A DNA stretch of 63,835 bases, counting the filler, from Bigelowiella natans CCMP2755 (Eukaryota; Protista; Cercozoa), in NCBI GenBank assembly GCA_000320545.1. It is 8 parts of 8 records of this genome, joined end to end, with 100 filler letters (N's around TTAATTAATTAA, not from the genome) between each part and the next. Parts side by side here need not be neighbours in the genome. Positions count along the whole stretch, not along the records: positions 4,157 to 34,276 come from ADNK01003116.1; positions 34,377 to 36,880 come from ADNK01000341.1; positions 36,981 to 48,513 come from ADNK01002314.1; 5 more parts are not named here. The stretch is one strand, 5' to 3'. The notes beneath the pieces were generated by a model. The model made no database searches and was not told where the DNA came from. It saw only the letters and a list, made by a program, of their open reading frames with translations. The number at the start of each line of letters is the position of its first letter. Positions within the stretch are counted from its first letter, which is position 1. Shown here piece by piece: positions 24,401-37,463 of this stretch. Made by a program: the position numbers and the translations under genes.

Positions 24401-27400
24401 GACCGTCAGAAGAATTGAATGCCAATTCTCAACTTCGTTTCATTTTGGGTCAAGCCTGGTTCCTGAGTCGCTTCGACATCATCCACCAATGATACTGCCC
24501 ATACTCAACAATAGAGCATCAACGCACAAACCTAACAACATATCAAGCTCCTGCCCCCACCCACCCCGACACATCTACGCAAGCTCCTATCAACTGAAAA
24601 CTACGTTTTTCCCGTACTTTTGATGTATACGCTTTTTCACAGCTATCCGCAACCCTTGCCCTCTGGCTTCCAATACGACAACTTCGACAGCGCATTCTCT
24701 CAGTGAATGCACGTGCAATGGAGGCTTTTTCGGCGCTCCTGGTATGTTTCGACTCTCCTGATCATCACGACAACAGATATAATAACACGCAGAAACCAAA
24801 ACAGTTCGTAGGTTGCACGTGAGGTCCTTTTACTCCTTTTATTTTAAGTACCCCCGCCTCTTCCGCCGCAAATGCAACTAATGCTCATCGGAATTTACAC
24901 AAAGCGATATTTTGAATTTCCTATCGTCCCTATGCTACCGTGAACATGGAAATAGCTCGCTATAGCGGCAGTTTGCTATTTGGGTCGTCCTTAACATACT
25001 AAATGGCTGATGTTGCCCCCTTCCCTCTCTACACCAATTAACCCTCCCCCCTTCCTCCTTTCCGCCGGTGGTCAGCATCAAGCATCTCTTGCAGCCAATG
25101 CTCCAACGGGGACTATTGCCCGAGGAATTCTACCACAAGGTATGATTAAGGAAGCGGGGGGGGGAGGGGGGCGACGAGAGATTATCAGGAATGTTGCGCT
25201 TACGGTGTGGTCGAGATCATGATATCTCTAAGGCTTTTTTGTTAGCCGCTGATATGTCCTAACAATCTGGTCACCACTGCGTGCATTCCAGTGGAGGAGA
25301 GCCCAAGAATATCGCAACAACTTCTCGAATGAATCAGCAATTTGCCTGACGTGTATTTTTGTGAAATGCCATACTTGAGCAGAGTTGACTGCCCTCCAGG
25401 CTTTTACTGCCCTGACACGACGGAGATATACACGTGTCCCAATAATGGCTCATACTGGTAGTAGTATGCTATCGAATGTCTCTCAATAGATGTGAATAAT
25501 ATCCAAATCGGTTGGTGCTCTCTCTGACTCGGTCTAATTCTCCCTTCATTTCTTCTTATGGCACTACCAATGAAGCCCCGGCCGACAGTCCTCCTTAGAG
25601 CTGTGCCCCCCCAGTCATTTCTGTACCACGAGCACTACAATACAGGTGTGATAGGAGAGAGATCCTACTGTTGTAGACACCATCATTACGAGATGCAGCG
25701 TGCAGCGTGCAGCTCTTGGGCATCTTGCTCGCCAGCAAACGTTGGGTTATTCATAAGAGAGCGGCGTTAGAGCTATAAACGTTGATGGTACAGCAAAGAC
25801 CAACTATATCTTGAAACACGGCCATTGACCCCAAGACAATCAGCTTTTCGATATTTTGCTAGTACATACTCAAACCCAATTCGAAAGGCTTTCTAACCTT
25901 TTTCTCCACCTCCTCCCCCCCAAACTTCTTCTCCGGTCGTTTCCTGCAGTCTTGCCCGGAGCCGGAGAATCAGACTTCGTGTGTCGTCGGGTAGAGCTAG
26001 CTACTTTGCACCCCTCCATTCATTTTTCCAGTATCGACCTATGGGGAGGGGGGGGGGGTTACCTTTTTAAGTAGTTTGGGTATTTGATCTTTTCTACCTG
26101 TGTGTGTGTGTGTGGAGGTACTATTGTCCTGCTGGATCGGATTCCCTCAACCAGTGCCCCGTCGGTTTTGTCTGCAAGAATACTAGCGTTGCGATCAGGC
26201 AAGTTGATAGATGCTATGTAGTAGACAACAAAGGCGGCCGGGGGGATGGGTAGGCTGGGAATCGGGGCACAAGAGAACATTGAAAGAATGCATCCTAGCG
26301 ATTCATGTGTTATCATGTATGACAGCGGCCGTTGTAATAAAATAGGTGAAGATCTTTATTTCTCCCCCATCGTTTTTGCGTCCTTCCCTCTTATTCCTCC
26401 GCTTCCTTCTCCATCCCACAGATGTCCAGAAAATCAAGTCTGCCCGGCCGGTTCTTTCTCCGAGACGCCATGCAGAAGAGGCTTCTACTGCAACGTCACG
26501 TCAGGCGTTCAGACGGTAGGCGCGTGGCGATAGCACCCTTGATTAATAATGACGGCATTATACATAAAAATGTCACCATATGTTAATGCGGATGTCGTCG
26601 GTGTCGCAGGCCTGTTCCGTAGGCCAGTACTGCCCAGAAGGAGTCACGGAACCCAGTCTCTGCGACGCTGGATACGTCTGCCCCACCCCCTCAGAGAGAA
26701 CGGCATGCATCGACTCCCTCTTTTGCCCTGAAGGTAGCGATTTATTGTGGTTGAGATGAAATCTAGGAGAGTGTGTTGCGCTTTCTTTAGCAAATTTTTG
26801 GAGCGAATCCGTGGATCTTATTAGCGTAGGAGAGGAAAATGCTGCAGAATTTATCTCTCTATCTTTTCCCCTTGCAGGAGAGTATAGTACACTTAGTACC
26901 CACACACATGCCCGCGCGCAAACGGAATGAATTAAGTATCGTCCACACTAGGAACTTCGCAAAGTGCCCCATGTCCCAATGGCTACTTTTGTCCCAACGC
27001 TACCATCAAGATCGGCTGTAGTCTCGGGTAATAAGAGGGGAGGGAGAGGCCGACGGGTGGAATTGAAGGATGGAATCAAAAGCGCCATAGCTATGCAGAT
27101 TAATTCGTTTCTTAATCGTATCTTGTTTCGCAGGCAATACTGCGAAAGCGGAGCAACGTCGCCGTCCAATTGCACCGCAGGGTACGTGTCGATGGAAATA
27201 TTTAAATTCCCAACTGTGAATAGCGGATATGAACCACACACTAAATTCGTTCTCCCCCTCGTGCTCAAAGAGAGAAAAGGAGCAAACCAGTCCGCAACAT
27301 AATCAAAGAGCATAGTGCAAACAGAATGAGATTTGATAAGTGCAAGTTAGGGAAACTTTCAGTTGGAAAGCCTTTAGGGTTTCCGATCCCAGCATAAGAT

Positions 27401-29811
27401 AATAATCGATCGTTTTTCTTTTATTTCCTCTTTGCCGCATAAATACAGGTCATATTGCCCGAATCCCAACCAAGAGGTACCGTGCAATGCAGGACAGTAC
27501 TGCCCAACAGGTACCGACGATGCTGCTGAGAGGGGTGGGGGGGGGGGGGGGGGGGGGGGGGGAGAGGAGTAGTCGATGAACATGAGAATTATCAGAAATT
27601 AGGAAGATATCCGAAAAAGGATAGGAGGAGGAAAATGAGGACAACGGTGTCAACGGTTCGCTTTTGATTGTTTTTGCTCGCTTGTGCTTACTTGACTCTT
27701 CAGGTTGCCTATTTGTACTGATGATCGTCCTTTACTTCACGTGCACGTCGAAAGCCGCCAAAAAGGTATCTTCGGGGACAGTGCGGGCTCTCTGAGATTT
27801 ACGTGTTGAAAGAAGTGTTTGCCACTGCGCCAAAGAGCACGCCACCATTCCCGTATCGAAAACACTAGTTCCTTAATCCAACCCCTTTTCTTTCCTCGAC
27901 AAAACGCCCTCTTGGAAAACAGACGTTTCGGACATTGCTGAAAGATACGCTAATCATCACGGCTGGCATCGTCGGCGATGTTCTCAACTACGCGACGGTT
28001 AGTTCGTGATAAAACTAACTCTCAGCATCGAGCAGAAGGTTGCGGGCTTGGGTAAAACCCGCGAATTCGCACAACAAGAAAGTTTTTAGTGCTAATGACG
28101 CCCAATCCTCTGTTGTTTTCAAAAAGATGAAAAGATCCTACAAATTTGAGAAGCTGTCTCCATTTCTGCTTCCTTTTGTCCCCCTCCCCCCTCTCATACC
28201 TTTCCCTCAGGACATCGCGACGTTCGTCAATATCGTGCTAGCCAACAGTCAGCTTAGCAACTACGTGTATCCGGTGATTGTGGTGCTCATCATTGGCGGC
28301 CTCGCCACCCTTTTCTCGGTCTGGGAGAACGCGAAGGAGCTGCTGCGGCTGCACGATCAAGCCAGCACTGAAACTGGGGCGGGGAACATCACAAAGGGCT
28401 TGGAACCTGAAGAGCAGCTTGTGGCCATGGCTCTAGGGAAGACGCACTATCCGAAGCTGGGGGAGATGTTTCCTGAATTCCACGCCGTTTATGACAAGAA
28501 GGCAGCCTCCGCCTGTGCCCCCAAGAAAAATAAGGAATGGAGCGAGGTGGAAATCCCGTCGCCAACCCCCCAAACCCCCCTTTCCAGGCCGTTTCCTTGT
28601 GCGATGTAGCAGTTTGTCGTCCGTCGAAGGAATCGTACCTTTCGGCATCTTTCGCATGTAGTTCGTTCTTATTTTTTCCTGCCTTCCCATCACCCTCCGT
28701 CCCCCAAAACGCAGGTGTTTGAAGTGCTGCTGAAGCCTTACAACGCGTATGTGGGCAAGGATGAAGTTGTGGACCCCGACGAAATACCTCCGCGCTTAAC
28801 AGATTCGCTGATGAAGGGCATTATCCGCTATCATAGGGAGAGGTGTGTCGATTTTGGCCTCTGGCCTAACATCAGTCTGAATGCGAAAACGCACACACAC
28901 ACACACACACACGAGAGAGAGAGAAAGATTTTACGTTATGCATCTTGCATATATTTTACTTATTCATTCACTCTCTCTTTCCTCCCCTTTGTTTGTCCAG
29001 GCATCTACTATCGACTGATGTGAGCTTGCTAGTTCTCCAAGCGATTCCCATGTTCGTTCTGACGGCAGGGCCCATCATGCAAGAGGCTTCGATTGAGGAC
29101 GTGCGCAGCTTCACGTTCCGCTTCTCCCTGCTTCTCGGCGCGGCAGTCATCGGTGAACACTGGCTTCCCTTCATTTGCTTCCTTTCTTCTTTCTGACTTT
29201 CTTCTTTCTGACTGAACCAGGCGCGTTCTCGCGGCCCTGTGATGCTGTTTGAAAGAAAAACAACCGCCCCTTAATGCTAAATACGTGCTCGTGGTTTTTA
29301 CAGGAGCCAAGCTTTCACTAGGAACGCACTACTACCGGCTGGAAGCGATGGAACACCGCCTGAAGAAGGCAGTATACAGTGTGTGTCTTGCCACATATTT
29401 AGGCTGCTTTTTGCCTCCTGAGGACGACATTGGCTCTCCTAGCAAAGCTCATGTTCGTGGTCAAAGCAGGGCTATTAGTCGGGGAGCTATGAGCAGGGCG
29501 AAACTGCATGCTCAAGACAGCAAGCAGAAGCAGCAGCAGCAGCAGCAGCAGCAGCCAGGCGGTGGGAGAGGGGAGGTAGGCTTTACGAGTAGTGGCCTGC
29601 CCAAGTCTCCCATCATTCACATCGATGCTAAGGAGGAAAGGCACCACATGCAAAACATGCGCAAAGGCCTGCATCGGGGGAGGATGTAAGCTTCCCCCCC
29701 CCCTCCCCTTTCCCCCAACTCTCTCTTCAGGGAAAAAATTGGCAACTTTTCAATATAATAGTCATCTTCTGCGGGCATTTTAAATGTGTGTGTGTGTGTG
29801 TGTGTGTGAGT

Positions 29812-29855
<44 letters not shown>

Positions 29856-31804
29856 AGCGTCAGATTCCCCCATCGACGTCGTCGTTGTTGTACATAGGTC
29901 TCCCGGAGAGTCTTCTGCACAGAGCTCCAGAAGCTCTCGCAGCTCACGAGGTGCGGCAGGCCGTGCTCGTAGCCGAAAGCACAGTCCTCCATCCAGACCA
30001 AGAGCACGCTCCGTTCTCAACATCATCGTCGATACCATCTCAGACGCATTTGGGACGATGTCAAGGAAGCTATCATCGGAACGTTCAAGGCGTGCAAATC
30101 CTCTCGAGCCTGGCTTCTTCGACCCCCCCCCTGGCACCGACAGTAGTAGCACTGAGGCTGCAGCAGCCAGCCACTATCATCCTCATCTGCATCATCAGCA
30201 CAACAACTGGCAGAAGGAGAAGGGGGGTGCTCGCACGGGCAGCAGTAGACGTGCCTCCTTCCTCCCGGCCACGATTTCTTCCATGGCAACCGCCTCGCCC
30301 ATCTCCATGGTTAGAATAAAAAAGAGGGGGGGGGAGAAGAAAGGTGACGACAACGATACCGACGGAAGAAGGGAAGTCGTCAAAGCGCAGAAGGGGAACA
30401 GGGATGAACGAGCGGGGGGCGGAAAGGCGGATGAGATAGTGGCAAATGTCAACATTCTCATGGACGGACGCGCGTCTCCTGCTGCTCGCGGGATTATGAC
30501 AACGGGCGAAGTGCTCTGTGATAATGAGGGGAACAATACAACCGCCTCACGAAATCGAAGAGTGGTGAAAATAGAGGCATCGCCCCTGGAGAACGTGTCC
30601 AATCCGATTCTCTACCATGATGACCTCGGGCCTCTCGGTCTCCAGGAGACAATCTTCGACGATAGCTTCCGGCGGAGAGGGGGGGGAGGGGGGGAGGATG
30701 AGGACGTGGAGGGAGGGAATCTTTCACGAGCGGGGTCAAGAGAATCTCGTAGCGATGGCGAGGGGAGAAGAAGCAGCGACGGCATAAAAGACTCTTTTAT
30801 TCCAGACACTTGCACAAATTCAGCTGGAGATCGCCAGCAGGCCCCCTCCCCATATCGTGAATTCCCCGCGCATGCTGCGCAGCTTGCCACGGCGAGGAAG
30901 CGCTGCAGCACCGCAGATCTCAGAGCTTTGAGAGAAGTTTACGAAATCGCCTATATGCAACACCAGCAGCAGATACACCGAGAAGAAAAGGAAGGAAATG
31001 CAGTTGCCTCGAGCAAGCAAAGGGTGGTTGCACAGGCCAAGCGTATTCTCGAAGTCCAGCATGCGGTTGAGGTGAGAAGCGCGAATGTCGTGGGTGGGAG
31101 AGATGGAGGGGCGGGGCGGAGGTTACACAGGCGTGTGAAGACGAAAGGATTCATGTTTTTCTTGCATTGTTTGTTACTCTCATAGAAACGAATGGTCGGC
31201 GACAAAAAGTGGGAGAAATGCTTTGTCCGCCTCTTGAGATTTGCCCCCTCCCCACATCACCATCGAGCCATCCTCCTCTATGGGCCTTCGATCCACAAAC
31301 TTCATGAAGCAGTAGCTGCGATGAGGTAGGCTGTCGGAACAATTTGCGTAGACATGATGGTGGCCTTACATGCATTTTATTTGACTAATATTATGTGATG
31401 ATAGTGAGTGTTTATGCGCGCGCTAAATAATGTATACACACGTATAAAATTTATATGATTATCCATACATGTCAATATTTATTTATAAATGAATTTGTTA
31501 TCCACATCGTAGGGCCGGAAACCATCCAAAATTCGACGAGGGAATGGGCAGCCTAGCAGGAATTGTCGATGTAGAAATCGTCAGCACCAGCTTAAAAAGC
31601 ATGCAAAACCTCCGAGGCACGAACGGAGAAAGTGCTGAGCGGCTGCGGTGCTGTATCGTGGGCGTGGACGCGCAGAAAGTATGGTGTAATATCGAGTTCA
31701 GATCGGTGTCCGAGAGGGAGGCCGACACTCAAGACATGCATCGTTTCATCAATTCTATACGAGATAATATCCGCCTCTACCAAGCTATAGGCGGCTACTT
31801 TTAG
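21417..31804 (+). CDS. Large surface receptor-like protein: signal peptide, S/T/P mucin-like stalk, many CPxGxYCP Cys-rich repeats, ~5 TM helices, disordered tail, C-terminal PH-like domain (probably one gene, more than 25 exons)
   Basis: [22 protein letters not shown] leader; SPT-rich exons 21480-23960; Cys repeat exons 24270-27520 ([41 protein letters not shown]); TM exons 27703-29310; terminal exons HAVE|[23 protein letters not shown]|[27 protein letters not shown] with consistent phases. Could be two genes. Confidence 0.65.
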
Positions 31805-32439
31805 TGATCGCGTTATGCGACAAACGCACCATAAATATGACTTATAGACTAATAAATGAAAATGTTCTTTAAAGCCTGAAACGACTGTCTCCGGATAACG
31901 AGCACTGGGTTGAAACCTAAATTTCTGCTGCACATTTAGATGATGTGCTGCAGATTGATATCTCTTGACATGACCTAGTCTCGTGACTATACTTGTAAGT
32001 GTGCTCTATACGTTCAGTTACAGGCTCAATAAAACTACTTACAAGCATTATGATTGGTGATGTAGGCACACATCTCGAATGAACAGAAAAATGCCACCTT
32101 ACATGGCAATGAGCGCATATCTAGATAGCTAGATAGGCCCTCGTTAGATAGCTCTTTTATCACGAACGAGGGCGTATCTAGATAGCTCTCTTTTGCTCTG
32201 ATCTTGACGCGATCGATTCATTGCATCGTCATTAATGATAGACAAGTAATACAATATATGTACATTATATTGCATTGAATAGAGTCACAGGGCTACGCCG
32301 CAATAATAACACGATTGTAACGAATGTGTTGAATTTTCACGCATAGCCGTACTAGCCTAGCTCATCTATGCAAAGCTGCATTAAGTAGCTAACATGACTA
32401 TTAAAGAATTTTGAACAATGTATTGTTGCACCGCCTGTC

Positions 32440-32650
32440 TAGCCATCATAATCTAGCTATTCCCACATGCTAGCATGTCTAGATGTCTGGATGCCTGTGC
32501 TGCACACATGTGAGGATGAGAGTGCATCGTTGCCTATATGCAGCGCAACCATTGCATCTGCATGTAGTTTGGCATTTGTGACGACATCGCCATCAAGCGC
32601 AGGAGCTAGCACATAGCAGCCAAATTTGGCCAAAACTACATCTACTTGTG
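32440..32650. repeat. Short, weaker TG/CA- and CTAG-rich tract
   Basis: Contains catgctagcatgtctag motifs similar to those in the larger TpA-depleted tracts, with more TA retained. Confidence 0.35.
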
Positions 32651-32879
32651 CAGCAACACTATATATGATATTACTGTGTCTATTATCACAAGTGCGTACG
32701 TACACACCATGATAACCAACAACATTGGTGCTGCTGCTATTAATTGATAGGTACTACTTCTTCGTCCTTATAACTTGGAACAATTCAGAATGGGGATGAT
32801 GCTGGCTAGCTGCTAGAGACGCGTGGGAGAGAAGGGATGGTGATATACCTACCTATGATGACGATTGAGAAGAGGCTAC

Positions 32880-34109
32880 GGCCTGCTATTGATAATGTTG
32901 CGGACGGCCCCCTCGCTCTGGTGTTCGTGTGGGTAGTAGGCAAGCAAAACCGGGGGAGGGGGGGGAAGCGAATACGAGCTAGCTGCCATTGTTCATAAGA
33001 GACGTGAGCGGCAGATTGACTGTTTTCCCTCCGGCTTGTCATCTTATGAAGGTACACTACGGTTTGTAGTGCGGAGCAGGCCTTCTTATTTTTCGTCTTA
33101 ATCTTCTTCTTTCTCCCCCCCCACCATCCCCATTGCCTCCTCCTCCTCCTCCCCCTCCTCATCTATTGAACATGTAGGAGTGGAGCAGAGTCGGTTGCCA
33201 TCCGAGCAAGCTCTCTATCGTCGGTGCGATCTGCTTTGCGTAGTCCTTGTGCCCTAATCGATCGAGTGGCAAACAACGTGCATCCGTAAGACAGTATTGA
33301 TGGTGACGATGATGATGATGATGATGATATCCAAGATGCCCCCCCCCCCCTCCCCTCCCCTCCCCCCTCTCCCATCTATCTTGCCACCTAGAGGCCCCGG
33401 ATGGTTTTCGCAGCCTCTATACGACTGCGGCCATTTGGATTGATCGAGCACTTGAAGGATCACTCGGTCGTCGGCGTCGGTGTCATCCGCCTGGGAGCGG
33501 AGCCGGTTTTGGTACAGATCGAGCCCCGCATGCATTCCCTGGTATATCGTCATGGTGCGTACAACAACAACAGCAGGAACATCATCATCAGCAGATGTGG
33601 AAAAGGTAACAAGTAGAGAGGGCATCGTAATGCTGATGATTCTGGCGACGACGTGTCAGTGGTTGTTGTTGTTGTTGGTGTTGTTATTGTTGTTGTTGTT
33701 CTTGTTTGCTCGCTCGCTCTCTTTGCGGGTTATTACTTCGATCTGTTGCTCTTTCCACGGAACAAGGACTATCCTGTGGGTGAGAAGGATCATCAACAAC
33801 GAGATGGATGATGCTGCTGCTGCTGCTGCTGCGGGTGATGATAGTATTGATGGTGATGATAATGATGATGAGAAGGGCGCATAGGGAAACATCCATTAAC
33901 CCCAAACCACTCTCTTCACCGCCCTCTCCCGTTTGCTATAGTCTCCAATTTCTCTTCGTCGTTCGATCCTTCCTCTCCTCCTTCTCTTCCCGGCTAGAGC
34001 TAGACAAAGCATGCACGCACTACCATGCTAGCGGGTACTGCGATCTAATCGTGGCAAGAAGCTCCGCAAAGGCTTGGGCAAAACGAGGCAACAACTGAAA
34101 ATAGAGTGC

Positions 34110-34151
<42 letters not shown>

Positions 34152-34276
34152 ATACGACCTCACGGCATTTGAATGTACCATACTAATTGCACCACATCCT
34201 GCATACCCCCCACCATCACCCACACGATTCTGTAAAAACATGCCAGGCAGAGCCGCAAAGCCCACATATATCAGCG
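32880..34276 (-). CDS. Exons probably forming the C-terminal part of the K+ channel (end of CNBD and tail)
   Basis: Same strand, immediately past the gap; exon-like segments AISMVHSNAV, FAQAFAELLATIRSQYP, IYQGMHAGLDLYQNRL. Linkage across the gap is unproven. Confidence 0.35.
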
Positions 34277-34376
34277 NNNNNNNNNNNNNNNNNNNNNNNN
34301 NNNNNNNNNNNNNNNNNNNNTTAATTAATTAANNNNNNNNNNNNNNNNNNNNNNNNNNNNNNNNNNNNNNNNNNNN
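34277..34376. other. Assembly gap
   Basis: N-run with TTAATTAATTAA. Confidence 0.97.
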
Positions 34377-34781
34377 TCCCCCCCCTCTCTTCCTCCAAAA
34401 CATTCCTCTTGTCCATACCATATATTCGGGAGTCTTCTCCGCAATTACATCATCACAACCACTATCACGAATAAGTTTTTCTCTTTTCCCTGCGCCTCGC
34501 CCTCCCCCCCCTTTCCTTTCGCAGTTACCTCGATGTATAATGACTTCATCCTCTAGATAACAGATAGGCTTCAGCTTCATTGCGAAGTACCTACCAAAAT
34601 CAATGTCTATTATACTACGAAGATTGTTGTTATATGCGCGCGCCGTGCATGTGTGTGTACATTCCTGGAGATGTTTAGTATACCTGAAAAAGTCCGAAGT
34701 GTCTCCAAAAAGGTTGAAGAGAACATATCTGGCACCTCGGTCGGTGGCTGGAAAGGCATTTCCAAGGAGCTTTCCTGAGAG

Positions 34782-34830
<49 letters not shown>

Positions 34831-35236
34831 GCGTCATAAGGCGCCGCCAACTGCCACCGCGTTTTAATGAAAATGCGATGATAACATGTGAGCACGATGA
34901 ACGTCAAAGTCATTTGAATAAGTGTATATTTGCTTGGTGGTGAGCATACGTCCGAGATGCACGCTTAACTGCTGCGAGACTTCAGTCAACCACCTACGTG
35001 TTTAAAGATGTGTGGCGTTAGATTTCATTCAACCTGCGAATGCACACGCGCATAAACATGCATACACACACACACACACATGCACACACACACACACACA
35101 CATGCACTCACGCATGATAAAATAAACCTCTCTTTTGATCTATCGAGATGTCCTGTGTTTGCTTTATACCACAAAAACCGTTGGATCTGATATGTTAGGA
35201 CAGATGGGAATTATTTTAACTTTAACTATCTCTTTT

Positions 35237-35271
<35 letters not shown>

Positions 35272-35668
35272 CCTCTCTCACACACACACACACACACAAC
35301 ACACACACACACACACACAAATACATCACATAATATCTATCGCACAGGGTAAAGTAGGTTTTGATGAAAACGCCAATGGCTCTGCAGATCAACAGCCCGC
35401 TTCCAAAGCCTACCTTGCGGCCAAGATGCACTGGAATATGATGCCGTGAAAAGAAGTCAAACAACTCGTCCATTGCCGCCTCCGTGTCAACCTATATAGA
35501 TTTGTCGCATGAGATTTTTGCATTGGTGTGTTGGCCGAAGCCGCAAGCCTGCAGGAGCACACAAACAAGAACCGCTTGTAAAGCTTCCTTCTCTACCTGG
35601 AACTTGTTGTGGTAGAAGAGAATGCTGCACATGTTCGTCAGCCCGTGAGCGAAGAATACAGTCCCAAG

Positions 35669-35725
<57 letters not shown>

Positions 35726-35922
35726 CACACAAACACACAAACGAGCTTTCATTTCTAGTATAAAAACCGTATACTACCAGCATTGCTGCAAGAGCCATTA
35801 GAATCTCGAAATCACTCTGGGAGGGAGGGAGGGAGGGGGAGAGATAAAAGCGTGATGACAGTGCGACACAGCCAATGCAAGCGCGAGATTTTCTACTTTT
35901 CGATAAATACTAAATATAATCG

Positions 35923-35961
<39 letters not shown>

Positions 35962-36221
35962 CGTATTATCATACATTATCTATTACTTTTGTGTTATTTG
36001 TATCATCATCGTAAAACAGAGTTCGCATTCAGGAAGCAGCGTAAATCGTCATCATTTGCATTGCCACGGTTAGTCGTATTGCCTTTGGGGTGATGTCTCC
36101 AAATCCGATCGTGCTCATTGTCGTTATTGCCCAGTAAAGGCAAACGATATACCGAGATAAAAGCGTCCATTCTCTGCAGCAGTCGTAGTCGCAGCTTTGG
36201 CACTGTATGTCGAAAATAAAC

Positions 36222-36258
<37 letters not shown>

Positions 36259-36343
36259 GTGTGTGTGTGTGTGTTGCGCACGTGAAGATATTAGAGCATA
36301 GAGAGAAAGCACAGAGCCATTTAAATTGTTGTATATGTACACA

Positions 36344-36401
<58 letters not shown>

Positions 36402-36402
36402 A

Positions 36403-36441
<39 letters not shown>

Positions 36442-36820
36442 TAGGAGTAGAACGACCCTGCCATCAATGGGGTTGTAAAAGTGCTTGTCGCTTGCCCAAG
36501 TCAGCACCCAAGAGCAATGGGGTTCTTTGCAACCGGATTCCACACTCACCTACCATGCAAGAATTTCACTCAAGCAAAGCACAGAATGCAGCATGAAGAA
36601 GAAGAAGAAGAAGAAGGAGAAGAAGGGGAAGAAGAAACATAGAGACAACTACCAAGCTGTGTGGCAAAAGAAATGTAGCATATTGATGATATTTAGAAAT
36701 ACATTGATTCGTGTGTTGTTTAATTTTCCCATCGTTATACAAGAATAGTAAATCAATCACCAGATAAAAGAGGAGGCCGAGCCAATGTGCCCCAGTGAGA
36801 AGCATCAACAAGAACTTCAT
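34377..36820 (-). CDS. Cyclic-nucleotide-binding-domain K+ channel (KCNH/EAG/HCN-like superfamily), partial
   Basis: S5-like LLTGAHWLGLLFY; pore YWAITTMSTIGFGDITPK (~36085-36140); S6-like LGTVFFAHGLTNMCSILF; C-linker MDELFDFFSRHHIPVHLGRKV; CNBD start MKLKPICYLEDEVIIHRG. The 5' part is lost in the gap at 36881. Confidence 0.82.
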
Positions 36821-36880
36821 AATAGCGACAGTGCTAATTTTATCTATTACCGGAAAACCAGGACAGAGAGAGAGAGAGAA

Positions 36881-36980
36881 NNNNNNNNNNNNNNNNNNNN
36901 NNNNNNNNNNNNNNNNNNNNNNNNTTAATTAATTAANNNNNNNNNNNNNNNNNNNNNNNNNNNNNNNNNNNNNNNNNNNN
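36881..36980. other. Assembly gap
   Basis: N-run with TTAATTAATTAA; hides the GlnRS 3' end and channel 5' end, so the true size is likely well above 100 bp. Confidence 0.97.
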
Positions 36981-37463
36981 CCTTTCATTAATGTCACCTA
37001 CCTGTGACCGAAAGGGGAGAGTTCGAATAGGAGATAACATATCAGGCAAGTCCGTTGATGTGTCTTCAACACCGTGCTCTGAGCTCAAGTGCCTCTAGTC
37101 TTTTGGTTAGCTCGTCAACCTGGATCGAAAATATCCCATGACATATTTTCGAGGCTTGTGGAATTCGAAGTTAGAGTGAGGCAAATGCTTAGTTTTCACT
37201 CCCCAAGACCGCTAACCGTAGCTCTTGGTGCCACTACATGAGAGATGTCATCGACTTTAAAGCATTGCTGCGGGGAGTTAACAAAGAAGTCAATGTGTGT
37301 CCCACGCAGCCAAAAGGCACACGTGTCGCACACATGATGTCCTGAGACATTGTGGAAATGCAGCGCGACATCATCCTCCTCCTCCTCCTCCTCCTCCTCC
37401 TCCTCTCAATCTTCGCAGCTAAACAACGAACGTGTCGTGTCTGGTTGAATGGAATGCTCCTAC

